Source: Schmidtea nova (Eukaryota). Taken from it: DNA of 64,000 nucleotides. The notes below the pieces were generated by a model. It did not search any database and was not told the DNA's origin. It saw only the letters and a list, made by a program, of their open reading frames with translations. Numbering within the stretch: the stretch's first letter is position 1; the number at the start of each line of letters is the position of its first letter. The stretch covers positions 27,838,001 to 27,902,000 of the forward strand of contig CM097884.1 of assembly GCA_044892505.1 (NCBI GenBank), in the 5' to 3' direction. Below are positions 38,301-43,911 of this stretch, one piece after another. Position numbers and translations under genes: made by a program.

Positions 38301-41300
38301 GAGGATACATGGGTCTTAGACATAAACGAAGTATACAGCGAAGGACAAAACGCGCTGTTAAGATATCTTCTGAAATTTACTTGTGATCAGAAGACATTAC
38401 TAACCTTATTAGACAGAGGAAACATAAACATCACAAAGAATGAAGAAGAATACAAATTCGATAAAGAGAAGGAAGCCTTATTCAATAAGATTAGGAAATG
38501 GTGTGCGAAACCACTTGATAAACTAATAACATACAAAGACATAAACAATTTTAACGAGAAATACCAGACGATAGTAAGCGAATATGAGGAATTAGTAAAA
38601 ATCTTAAACCATCCCGAAAAATGCAAACAGGTTTTAGAGAAAAGAGAAAGAGAAAGTAACAAGAAACTCACACCACTCTTCAAAGCTGAAGCACCATACC
38701 AAGCTAGACTAGATGCGATACAAGAAAAAGCAAAAGAATTGTTACCGGAATTCGAGAATAGTAAACATGCACTGGAAATACTCGGCGCATTAGTTGAAAA
38801 AGTACACGCATACGCAAAAGGAACATACAATGGTAACGACATAGTAATAATAAAAAAGGAGATGCCAGTAACATTCCTATTACCAAAAGACGGAATAATG
38901 CCCATACATAGAGCTCTACGAAATGGCAAAGATAGGAAAGTAATGGAAATTGCAAGAGTAATGCTAAATTGCGGAAGCAATATGAATATGATAGACGAGA
39001 AAGGAGATACACTTATGGTATTTGCAGCAAGGGCCAAAACGAAAACAAAGGTATTAGAAGAACTATACAAAGCAGGTGCAGGACTTACAGGAAAGACAGA
39101 TAAAGATAATTCGATATTGGATGTAGCATTATTAACACACAATTGGGAAATGGTCAATTTCATTAAAACCGTCCCAAATCAGGAAGAAATAGATCACCTA
39201 ACTGATACAGTCAAGAAACCCAGTGTACTAGCAATGATGAACAACGTCGAACTAACAGAATCAATACTTACGTGGATAAATCCTAATACTAACGAACCAG
39301 CATTCAGGATTAATAAGTTTACAGAACATAACCAAAACTGGTGTATAAGAAGTGCCTTAATAACGTATAAATGGCCAGAGATATTGAAGATGTTTATGGA
39401 AAGAAAAGATCTAAAAATCACAACCAGCCCGAAAGAGGAAAAATACACAGGCAAATGGAAAGAATTGATGAAGACATACATCAACAATTGGATCAAGGCC
39501 AAAAAGGAAATCTTGGAACATAAATCCACTAACAAAGTAATACCGGAGCAGGTAGAAACACAAGAATTTGAGGCAAGTAATCTAACGACATTGGCATATG
39601 CAAAATTGATAGAAGAAATCAATGTCGAGGACGACATTTTCGACGAGCCAGGGGGAGATGACAATACAGATAGTGACGACGGTAACAACTCAGAAAATTC
39701 AAACGATCACGAACCACCCGATAAAGAGGAAAACGAGAGAAAAGACAAGAAACGAGACAAGGAAGAAAAGAAAAGTGAAGACGAAAAACAAAGAGATGAA
39801 GATGGAGAACAAGGAAAAAACGACCAAGGAGATAAAAATGACACCCAAAGAACAAGTTATAAATCAACCATAAAACCATTCTTCAAACCAGAATTACTAT
39901 TATTAACAGTGATTTTAACGTTAATTAACCCAAGTCAAGGAATGACATGTGAAGAAAGGGCAATAATACAAATAAAAAACGCAAAAGGAATCGAACGAGT
40001 ATGTTGGTCAAAAAAGGACAAAATCACGGAACAAAATAGCCCGATGGATTGCAGAATCTCAAAACACGAGCAAGAGATCATAGAGATCAACGACCTAGAT
40101 CTAGATACCTGGTACAAAATATGCACCGTTAGGAAACAAAAGCATCCAAGATCACACAACACAATCGCATGTGCAAAATACCAAACACCTAAAGCAGCCA
40201 TGACAATACAACAGTCACCCAAAGGAGATTACATCATCGGAAAATGTGGAAGAACAGAGACACAGGGAACAGAAAACAAAAAACCCCAGGTAATAGATAA
40301 GCAAACAACACCAACCCTACGAATTACAATAAAGAGGCCCGAAGCAAGAGTTGCCACAAACGAAACCGAAAGAGTGTCTTACCAAATGGAAGTATTATGC
40401 TTAGCACTCATACTAATAATAATAAAACGATTAGAGGAAGGAATAGAAATTGAAACTATGACAATAACAGAAGTGGAAGATACACAGAACACTAACATAA
40501 AATGTTGGGCGAGGAATGACGAAGAAATCGGCGTAAACGAAATAAGGAAAAGTCGAAAGCCAACAACAAACAAAGTAATTAAAGTATCCGAAGTAAGAGC
40601 AGACAAGATGTACAAACTATGCCTACTTGAGAAAGAGAGGAACAAGAAAGGTACCACAAAATGTAAAACATTCCAACCTGGAGAGGTAATAAAGTTCCGA
40701 AGGAGAACGAGGAAGAGAAATAAACAAATCAAGCGGAAAGTAAACATAACATTAGAAGTAAAAGAGATAGAACCAAATGTGAAAGGAGTATGCTGGAGGA
40801 AGTACGAAAAGGAAGTAAATAAAAGAACGACACCACAATGTCAAACAAACACAGGAACAACGACGATTCAAATAAAAGGTTTAGAAAGTAAACAAACCTA
40901 CGAAATATGTTTGGTAAAGAAAAATGATCAGATAACGATAAACGACCTAGAATGCGGAATATACACCACTTCATCCGGAACAAGAACTAAAACGTTAACA
41001 CGGAAAAATAAAAGGAAACAACGAAACAAAGGAAAACCGAAGTACACCACTACCTTTAAAAACAATAAACAACCAATAAGCCAGGAAGTTACGACAAAAC
41101 CAGAGAGAAAGACATCAGCAACTCTAACATTATGGAAAATAGAGAATAAAACATTGGAGATATGTTGGATAATAGTCCAGAAAAATATAAGAAGACAATC
41201 AAGAGAGTGCAGAAAAACAAATAAAGAAATCAAGATCGAAAAACTACAATTTATTAGCGAGTACGTCGTATGCGCAATAGAAAAAATGGACAAACTAGGA

Positions 41301-42551
41301 AACCAACAAGAAAGATGCGAAACCTACTATACACCAGCGAACGCAACATCAAAAGAAATAACAAGGAAACTCGAATTCAGGGAACTAAGCCAAACGAATG
41401 AACAAATGGACGCAGAAAAAACAATAACCGACCCTCAAGCAAAATGGACACCTGAAGAAGTTATCAAAGAAGTCAAAAGAAAGCAAGAGGAACGAGAACA
41501 ATTAATGAGAAAACTAAAGGGACAATACGGAATAATGTTCAACCAAAGCGAATCTATACAAACAGACGAGAATAAAGAAATTAAAGAACTAATTGGCTTA
41601 GGAATATTAACAGCGACCATACCAGTAATAATCGCGTTATCAGCTATATGGATACGCAAGATAAACCCAAAGAAATCGGTAACCCAATGGACAAATAGAG
41701 ATAGTACAAGCCATGAAGTGGAAATGCTAGAAGAAAAAGCACGAGAAGAACCAAAAGAGAAAGAAGCAAAAAGCGGAAAACTAGGAATAAACAACAAAGA
41801 CAAGGAAACGAAAGAGACTAAAGGAGAAGAGAAAAAATATGAAAGGCGAACCAGAAGCCTACCGCAGAGTTCAAAATGGTTGGGTCTAACAATAATACTA
41901 ACATTAATCAATAGGGAAGAAGCAACAAACCTACAAGCAGGGATAAAAATAGTAAATGTCCAGGAGGTCGAGAAAATATGCTGGAATAAAGAGGATGAAC
42001 CAATTGGGAAAGATAACCCACTAAAATGTATAATCAGAAAATCCGACCAGGATATAGTACGAATAGAAGGGATGGACAGAGGAATCATGCATCGGATATG
42101 CATAATAGGAAAGGAAAAGAAGTCGGGGCTACCTAAGACAGTCGTATGTCAAAAATACGAAACGCCTAGACTCGAATGGTATAGAGTAAAACCAACAAAG
42201 AAAGAAATCAAAAACACCATAGATCAACCAGCAACTCAGATAAGAAACACAACGGATAAACCAGGAGAAGGAGAGAAAAGCACCAATAAAACGAGAGAAA
42301 GAATATCACCCCAACAAGAGTGCGTATGCATAGCATTAATACTAGCAATGTCCAAACGTATCGATAAAGGAATAATAATAGAACAAATGGCCATAACAAT
42401 AAGGAAAACAAGTAGCAACAAACTATGCTGGGGAACATACAACGAACCAAGGAAGGAATACCAAGTTCAGACAAGCGACGAATCACAAACAAACAAGGAA
42501 ATCGAAATACAAGAAATACAAATGAATGAAGAAGGAAGTATATGTATCTAA
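26316..42551 (+). CDS. gag-pol: Giant Gag-accessory-Env-Pol-accessory polyprotein (5,411 aa from TTG; first in-frame ATG at 26865)
   Basis: Single uninterrupted frame containing CCHC knuckles, DTG protease, YIDD RT, TDAS RNase H, and HHCC plus DDE integrase motifs. Confidence 0.95.
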   Translation: MRKGAKSVVVKPTEKKVGSNSNKKDKNSTTTKSTKKQKAGKDNPQGSKSRKIIRDKSITENDKLSIISNSSSNKENQAEPKENQASELESDETNNDNIEEIEHEIEQEGEIDETNNDNIEEVENEVEPEIEINASDNESIISDNEGIRETESDSSSSKTEDEHNNELETRGNESKITQDSGIEMGEPREEIKDKFSGEPFNGDASKLETFLKEFGIFVEVCKWKAETTVSRIQLYLKDSALDLYLEAKNGTNPPTSWTAIKDFFQQTFGINKVLSEAFIEFSKRKQKMNESNAVYASELKKLAKSVFKDGGPINEELMAAIFIGGLRRPDIRAQVGCQGCKTIDQALETANRFELHMIGSEGRIYLAMDTAQTEPEVNLNNHIPNSQQLNRPPPQRRNEGNKVQNFENQNNYNPQRQTKQCKTCGKLGHWQQECYQNLNCGKCGVKGHSESRCSTIICFNCGRPGHYSRNCGQKSNQRGNWQSNGNRPNYGNQANTVNRPDYGNQQNNNNNNQNKTTPKEIHLMQEVQRLTELINNTTRGNPQTNQQQISMMRKIESENERLNRESQARHAQEWARIQREDEQKQQERERQPLRINMLRATNQTDTREKETTLEMNSIDPNPADNESRKEIVQKDEEVEKEIKKEGETEINQEERRKIWKKGMMVIMPNDHMFRFQYNAKEKVEILFNKVNQMIPGVTKLPREAFLQIGDAPSVKLKLPDIWENVGVTETKRNVMRIKEIESEEIPPPIRHETRIRRIFEGKMIRRRLKEIDELGKKMEKVEVIEDKSEPTPEIDKNEPEPTENIQGETNQIAHINMLRNTTREFSDEEEDSDISSLAGDILNESEDENKEREVIKTSEPTQIKVDEIQKLLDNSLEVIYNEEFMDKKQYRKFMKALLQMNYKEWLQDREIDMLNRYVGKLIEEPLLNYTISIIINTSTPRIWIKTPFTDDIYRWVEDRLGSSYKNKFIYSQNRLVKRRTHLVETGIWPGEITLLSICDEKEEENLQEVAREANTCFERRIKPRLEYEKERVLRKNLNSLIEQIIPQVKKHRKELMRSEYEKLKRCIECIRDTSHTRWSQISHDKLIAKMGKTMFRQGKITDLKISVELPNEDTKEIEVVADCTIRELINVINETLVQREPEDEWEDDIIIQYNEHVLWDHDERRLYKIGIWDNHQTIHVSRMDDTPRETAKDEKKERERRKEVVRKLQQIVEIYRNWRIWPEWENVLEKLNLNRRIRTPVEKQWNEKGKCWEPKEGEYEEEYKRGIEDDCEPEIGRVCMVTRKATPIDLDGPETAAMWLEREKQKTEEFVEILKTNAHGKRKVIKGLADFFVVNGEDITCLRKVAKAIAEYKRVNEWCPEQLDHVIRKWRNQEFSQEIPQKVHLRIIYPNKDKEELWVGIAEKIRDIKKKLRYEPPFHLQHQGRSLDNSLEIGITPAQLDLMNTLTVEAIAGQPLKRKEENHKPHGSISTPSPIKSALTPGTSSRRSETTPRGNRERTPPQPYDVDEIFTDSDDMIEELTELTKEKDDNIFERIQELPTTIQVTNTGETEVEQEIIVEEVNDLTEDETRGAYAENVQLTQEMERWLEERANEPRDVTEETGRATRFVETGTGMDRRPRGRPKTDPATVVIRNKDEKRQDQWELCLKKLNKIAEIKEKETTPICQGEEWISKTIMEILAIIDPELRKYWRLTEISEKAKSLHSAIAPILPEFIKEKTKSNHLDWQGTTMLIKKLTEGAETDNKYVIAIAYTIYNLLTLSRGRPKPTALERHIKNTAKIIAREIEPYVINKGGWETFIKTNQKKTQAKNMKKKFEKILEELAKEQAGTGNVKSSMNLSSIIMMMLIWMISTDSATAFEVFDCDQMKLGEKYSLRGTEQCKDATPVELQKIKKEQWYHVYQEAELIKTMVNECKVQKTRFAFYCGRGHYSAIVMPGTEREPIVLQGEDCEALFKHGEVTTRDKIKIRGKPGMMMQQTYYVAGRITGGEGYCQGETYPIFGVPATNLVVMDTYIVELKSYEAFFEPTTGEMKTLSMCKIDRSMCQTGMSTLVYKPKVNECQLQLLQGAKFDEIQGKTFQEEDDDDKDRAKHLKEALENKRQLKPDHREKRIEMRATPTVLITTNQDVGMRFIKGKATLKCSTTVYETNYPGIYVSKQEVPNAKPKIDTMDIKLHLYVNNKMDFLFHRGQASLQKVYYDLINNDCILNREILKTKLAVAITNPDSAMPLLPLREGHFGRVVGEAMYVYICEKTHASLAATTQLKPGTCTNELEIDYKGKVRYVQPVTRIINPPGFEPNPFNCSNAYGPLYQKPDGKWVMFPGRSEVIAPREFELMQLSKDRQFSDVDVSNNGIYSPKDLEAARQNILFPARREALLSNIVTITGGTDYREGPNYELLLSPAHFKKATENMMKAMWGRFLIFGQMMAGILGVILIIQIVRVIITQMLACFDIYKREKKVNWKMVVGFLPFLAKTMVLHGHSKDIHRIKRLLKILAKMKGTDEEVGRKFKKIMNDEQARQQLKRERKGLWERMKGYKTQNDSSDDDDDDDDYKGGQVYKNQAPQYIEKNPADAWKCYAPPPTLYQEPLQGGKNSTMQMMPMTNVYPMIPEDYKMRRCRSVDPQGDTHTIAVMSSNTGPVLTTTIEINGREIEAMIDTGANISAIDIKWIPQEQRREIERTNVHVIACSKEVVEVAGRWWVKIRHLNTEIDTYVAVIPALSVPCIIGTDLMPALFNEIVIDLGTMRLKDRTGQICAIEAKVTSSKQMIIPARKEKICYVKIDPTIQGDMIFEPSKRFEKRKALPMARGLVNINDDGEIPINVVNFDEEDKIIYENERLGKLTPMMDIELPIEGAEKDKEPTWNIDSELLNEDQRKQLEKLLIEYKDIFAASDLDLGTCDVTLHTIPLTDETPIALRPYKLAEAQKAVAEAEVKKMLDAEVIEPSCSPWQFPVVMVKKKDGTQRFCIDYRRLNTVTKRDTYPLPDINEMLLTLQGAAYFTSLDLKSGYWQIKMKEEDKEKTAFTIGRDLYQFRKMPFGLTNAPASFQRCMNFVTHGIKQCMVYIDDLLIYSSTFEQHIQDIRDVFVRLRQWKLKLKPSKCDWAKEKVTFLGHIVSAKGKEPDPRNIDKVKECPVPKTITQIQEFLGLCGYYRKFIKDYAGIAKPIQELVKKDVSFIWGDEQQTAFETLRDKLITAPILVHPDFKKPFLLATDASGYAAGAVLGQYDDEGKERVIGYYSRTFKKHEKNYSVTEREALAIILAIKHFKYLLWGHIICITTDHQPLVWLGQHKETSSRLMRWAMQLQEYSPDIKFKSGRANANADCMSRLTFPELTDPDVQRICVLIAEDLDFSELKKDQQEDKELGQIIEFLTSRNMEVFKDNKELKEHIGKYQHRYIINKGWLLIQDGEKRLMCLPENRRKEIMIQYHDGKLGGHMSEKKTINRMRQKYYWRTMEEDIKEWIKNCLTCATRKDSGRKWKNPLQPMPIPAEPMTTIAMDVIGPLPESLNGNIYILVITDYLTKFPEAFAMQDQKAKTVAKILVEEICCRYGTPKQILTDQGTNFMSELLNEVTNYFRIAKLRTSPYHPQTNGQTERFNGTLIRMLSNYVSKHQTDWDEYIKLCLMAYRMSIHAATKLSPFQLMYGRECNMPIDLEYQPPLSQYMEDDDYVTKFKERMQEIWKTAELNIKFYQESYKDLHDQKKNVKANDLKPGDWVIIETPEIIPGTVKKLQRPGRGPYEIIYKKDNNVKVKLINRPLIRPIYVNTCRCKKVPKTITTTPENRIITRSQTARINMLRANATEDDKAEIRQKEIRNKEIILKAREIMGRWHVRDEAGISRDIRHIISRYAQGLPTEPIISELLEKIPEILLLKDVGGQPALHNAIECKNMERAKEFLKIAKETNQNLDVGNRERETPLMTAAIHQADKEMIDLLIKAHFSWTERDREDKTVLNHVIWSSHQPMLKYIIANCTWEIDELVKRDIIKEAIKIGKCNTIRKLIKWKRPEEDTWVLDINEVYSEGQNALLRYLLKFTCDQKTLLTLLDRGNINITKNEEEYKFDKEKEALFNKIRKWCAKPLDKLITYKDINNFNEKYQTIVSEYEELVKILNHPEKCKQVLEKRERESNKKLTPLFKAEAPYQARLDAIQEKAKELLPEFENSKHALEILGALVEKVHAYAKGTYNGNDIVIIKKEMPVTFLLPKDGIMPIHRALRNGKDRKVMEIARVMLNCGSNMNMIDEKGDTLMVFAARAKTKTKVLEELYKAGAGLTGKTDKDNSILDVALLTHNWEMVNFIKTVPNQEEIDHLTDTVKKPSVLAMMNNVELTESILTWINPNTNEPAFRINKFTEHNQNWCIRSALITYKWPEILKMFMERKDLKITTSPKEEKYTGKWKELMKTYINNWIKAKKEILEHKSTNKVIPEQVETQEFEASNLTTLAYAKLIEEINVEDDIFDEPGGDDNTDSDDGNNSENSNDHEPPDKEENERKDKKRDKEEKKSEDEKQRDEDGEQGKNDQGDKNDTQRTSYKSTIKPFFKPELLLLTVILTLINPSQGMTCEERAIIQIKNAKGIERVCWSKKDKITEQNSPMDCRISKHEQEIIEINDLDLDTWYKICTVRKQKHPRSHNTIACAKYQTPKAAMTIQQSPKGDYIIGKCGRTETQGTENKKPQVIDKQTTPTLRITIKRPEARVATNETERVSYQMEVLCLALILIIIKRLEEGIEIETMTITEVEDTQNTNIKCWARNDEEIGVNEIRKSRKPTTNKVIKVSEVRADKMYKLCLLEKERNKKGTTKCKTFQPGEVIKFRRRTRKRNKQIKRKVNITLEVKEIEPNVKGVCWRKYEKEVNKRTTPQCQTNTGTTTIQIKGLESKQTYEICLVKKNDQITINDLECGIYTTSSGTRTKTLTRKNKRKQRNKGKPKYTTTFKNNKQPISQEVTTKPERKTSATLTLWKIENKTLEICWIIVQKNIRRQSRECRKTNKEIKIEKLQFISEYVVCAIEKMDKLGNQQERCETYYTPANATSKEITRKLEFRELSQTNEQMDAEKTITDPQAKWTPEEVIKEVKRKQEEREQLMRKLKGQYGIMFNQSESIQTDENKEIKELIGLGILTATIPVIIALSAIWIRKINPKKSVTQWTNRDSTSHEVEMLEEKAREEPKEKEAKSGKLGINNKDKETKETKGEEKKYERRTRSLPQSSKWLGLTIILTLINREEATNLQAGIKIVNVQEVEKICWNKEDEPIGKDNPLKCIIRKSDQDIVRIEGMDRGIMHRICIIGKEKKSGLPKTVVCQKYETPRLEWYRVKPTKKEIKNTIDQPATQIRNTTDKPGEGEKSTNKTRERISPQQECVCIALILAMSKRIDKGIIIEQMAITIRKTSSNKLCWGTYNEPRKEYQVQTSDESQTNKEIEIQEIQMNEEGSICI
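26865..27728 (+). other. gag: Gag capsid-like domain and nucleocapsid with three CCHC zinc knuckles
   Basis: PFNGDASKLETFL capsid-type start. Knuckles CKTCGKLGHWQQEC, CGKCGVKGHSESRC and CFNCGRPGHYSRNC at 27576-27728. Confidence 0.9.
29091..30672 (+). other. Three ubiquitin-like segments, each preceded by a helical domain
   Basis: Best copy is LKISVELPNEDTKEIEVVADCTIRELINVI...IIQYNEHVL...GIWDNHQTIHV (about 29610-29860), which follows the ubiquitin hydrophobic pattern. Weaker copies at about 29091-29310 and 30457-30672. Confidence 0.45.
31240..31710 (+). other. Bcl-2-like helical domain in the polyprotein
   Basis: BH2-like IEPYVINKGGWETFI (GGW at 31686-31694; compare Bcl-2 LHTWIQDNGGWDAFV), preceded by a BH1-position hydrophobic helix (YVIAIAYTIYNLL). 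BH1 NWGR is not conserved. Confidence 0.6.
31815..33650 (+). other. env: Envelope-like glycoprotein (chuvirus G-like, class III fusion type) with internal signal peptide and TM anchor
   Basis: Signal-like MNLSSIIMMMLIWMISTDSATA then FEVFDC at 31881. Cys framework DC..YSL..C / ECK..FYCG..H / CILNREILKTKLAVA..PD..GHFGRVVGEAMYVYIC / CTNEL...YVQPVTRII / C...PLYQ..GKW. TM from 33555. Confidence 0.75.
34200..34560 (+). other. Retropepsin aspartic protease
   Basis: AMIDTGANISAI (catalytic D at 34263) and CIIGTDLM. Confidence 0.95.
35000..35650 (+). other. Reverse transcriptase
   Basis: RFCIDYRRLN, LDLKSGYWQI, MPFGLTNAPASFQR, YIDD at 35478-35489; catalytic motif intact. Confidence 0.97.
35900..36270 (+). 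other. RNase H
   Basis: LATDASGYAAGAVL, YSVTEREALAI, TDHQPL, NANADCMSR. Confidence 0.95.
36540..37660 (+). other. Integrase (HHCC, DDE core, GPY/F)
   Basis: YHDGKLGGH..CLTC, IAMDVIGPL, TDQGTNF, NGQTERFN, GRGPY. Confidence 0.95.
37890..39165 (+). other. Two ankyrin-repeat clusters (about 37890-38190 and 38880-39165)
   Basis: DVGGQPALHNAI, NRERETPLMTAAI, DREDKTVLNHVI; KDGIMPIHRAL, DEKGDTLMVFAA, DKDNSILDVAL. Confidence 0.85.
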
Positions 42552-43331
42552 GAGAGAGGAATCCAAGAGGGAATAGAGCATTGCAAGACATTCCAAAAAG
42601 GAGAGATACTGAAATTCGATGAAGAAGAATTAACAAAGACAGAAAGAACTCTGACATTAACAGGACTCGATCAGACAGTTAAAGGAATATGTTGGACAAA
42701 GCATAACCCAGAAGGGGAAGAAGACAACCTAACCCACTGTAAAGAAATAAAGAATAAAGAAAAAGTCGAATTAAAGAAAATGGAAGTAAATAGGACATAC
42801 GCGATATGTACCTTCACCAGAAAAGGTTCAGAAAAACCAGAATGCGGATTATATCAGATCTCAGAGAAACTACAACAACAGATCGAACCAGGAAACGTGG
42901 AAAACCGAACAAAAGAAAATAACTTCAAACAACTACTAAACCGCCATTGGTCTACACAAGAAGTAATGAACAAAGTTAAGAGTCAAATACAGAAAGAGAA
43001 GAAGCCAGAGGCTCAAACCCAAAATGAGATTAAAGCGAATCAGAATAAAATCAAAGCAACAAACCGTGGAAAAACAGTAATAGGATTAATCAGCATAGGA
43101 ATATTAATAGCATATGGGATAATGACGACAAGCATGATAATATATTGGAGATACAAAAAGAGAAACAAAGCGACAGCCATACAATGGCCAGATATCAAAA
43201 TCATGAAACTAGGAATAGAAATACCAGAGGAGATACAGAAAGAATTTCAAAGAAGAACGAAAGGTAAAGAATTCTGGAAACAAATAGAAGATGAAGAACG
43301 ATACGAAGAAAAGACGATAATGATGGTATAG
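39891..43331 (+). other. Seven Cys-containing FN3-like repeats with signal-like and TM segments, in two duplicated cassettes
   Basis: C-W motifs at 40002, 40503, 40791, 41163, 41979, 42426 and 42690, each followed by I.I..L...T.Y.IC-type strands. TM helices near 41589-41660 and 43077-43150. Confidence 0.6.
42552..43331 (+). CDS. In-frame continuation of the polyprotein after the TAA at 42549-42551 (ORF-finder start 42780)
   Basis: Same frame as 26316, no further stops. ERGIQEGIEHCKTFQKGEILKF..VKGICWTK aligns with the upstream repeat KKGTTKCKTFQPGEVIKF..VKGVCWRK. Confidence 0.8.
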   Translation, partial: ERGIQEGIEHCKTFQKGEILKFDEEELTKTERTLTLTGLDQTVKGICWTKHNPEGEEDNLTHCKEIKNKEKVELKKMEVNRTYAICTFTRKGSEKPECGLYQISEKLQQQIEPGNVENRTKENNFKQLLNRHWSTQEVMNKVKSQIQKEKKPEAQTQNEIKANQNKIKATNRGKTVIGLISIGILIAYGIMTTSMIIYWRYKKRNKATAIQWPDIKIMKLGIEIPEEIQKEFQRRTKGKEFWKQIEDEERYEEKTIMMV

Positions 43332-43461
43332 GGGCGGATTATGACTGTAAATAATAGTGTAAATAACAAAGCATTACCGTAATAGTATGGGTATCGATAT
43401 TATAAAAAAAAAATTGTAAAAAGCTAGAAAAACAAAGTAAATGATGTATATAATTTAGAAA

Positions 43462-43818
43462 ATGACCGAACAGGACGAAACAACTGAAATAACTATGGCT
43501 ATGAGATGGAAGGCACAATGTGATTTATTAGTACGAACAGTCAACTCATTACAGAACCAATTAGCGGAAAGACAAATGTTATTATCAGAAAGTTATAACA
43601 ATTGTTTCGAACAATTACACAGAATAGAGGAACAACAAAGAGCGATAACTGAACTCACCAGAGAAAATCAAACGATAAGCAACACCAATCAAAGACAAGC
43701 AATAGAAATAAACCATTTAACACGAGGAGAAAGAGAAGGATCCGAAGAAGGATGGATGAGTTGGGTAATAAATAGATTAAACAACGAAGCGGAACCAGAT
43801 TCAACGAATGAGCCATAG
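43462..43818 (+). CDS. Accessory coiled-coil protein, 118 aa
   Basis: ATG-started ORF with heptad pattern, same A-rich codon style as the element, bounded by the shared spacer motifs. Confidence 0.65.
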   Translation: MTEQDETTEITMAMRWKAQCDLLVRTVNSLQNQLAERQMLLSESYNNCFEQLHRIEEQQRAITELTRENQTISNTNQRQAIEINHLTRGEREGSEEGWMSWVINRLNNEAEPDSTNEP

Positions 43819-43911
43819 ATAAATAAAGCGGAAAACTGTAAATATGTAAAAATAAAAACAAGAAAAATCCAAAAATAAATGACAAGTCGAATGTATATAT
43901 TATTGTAGAAA

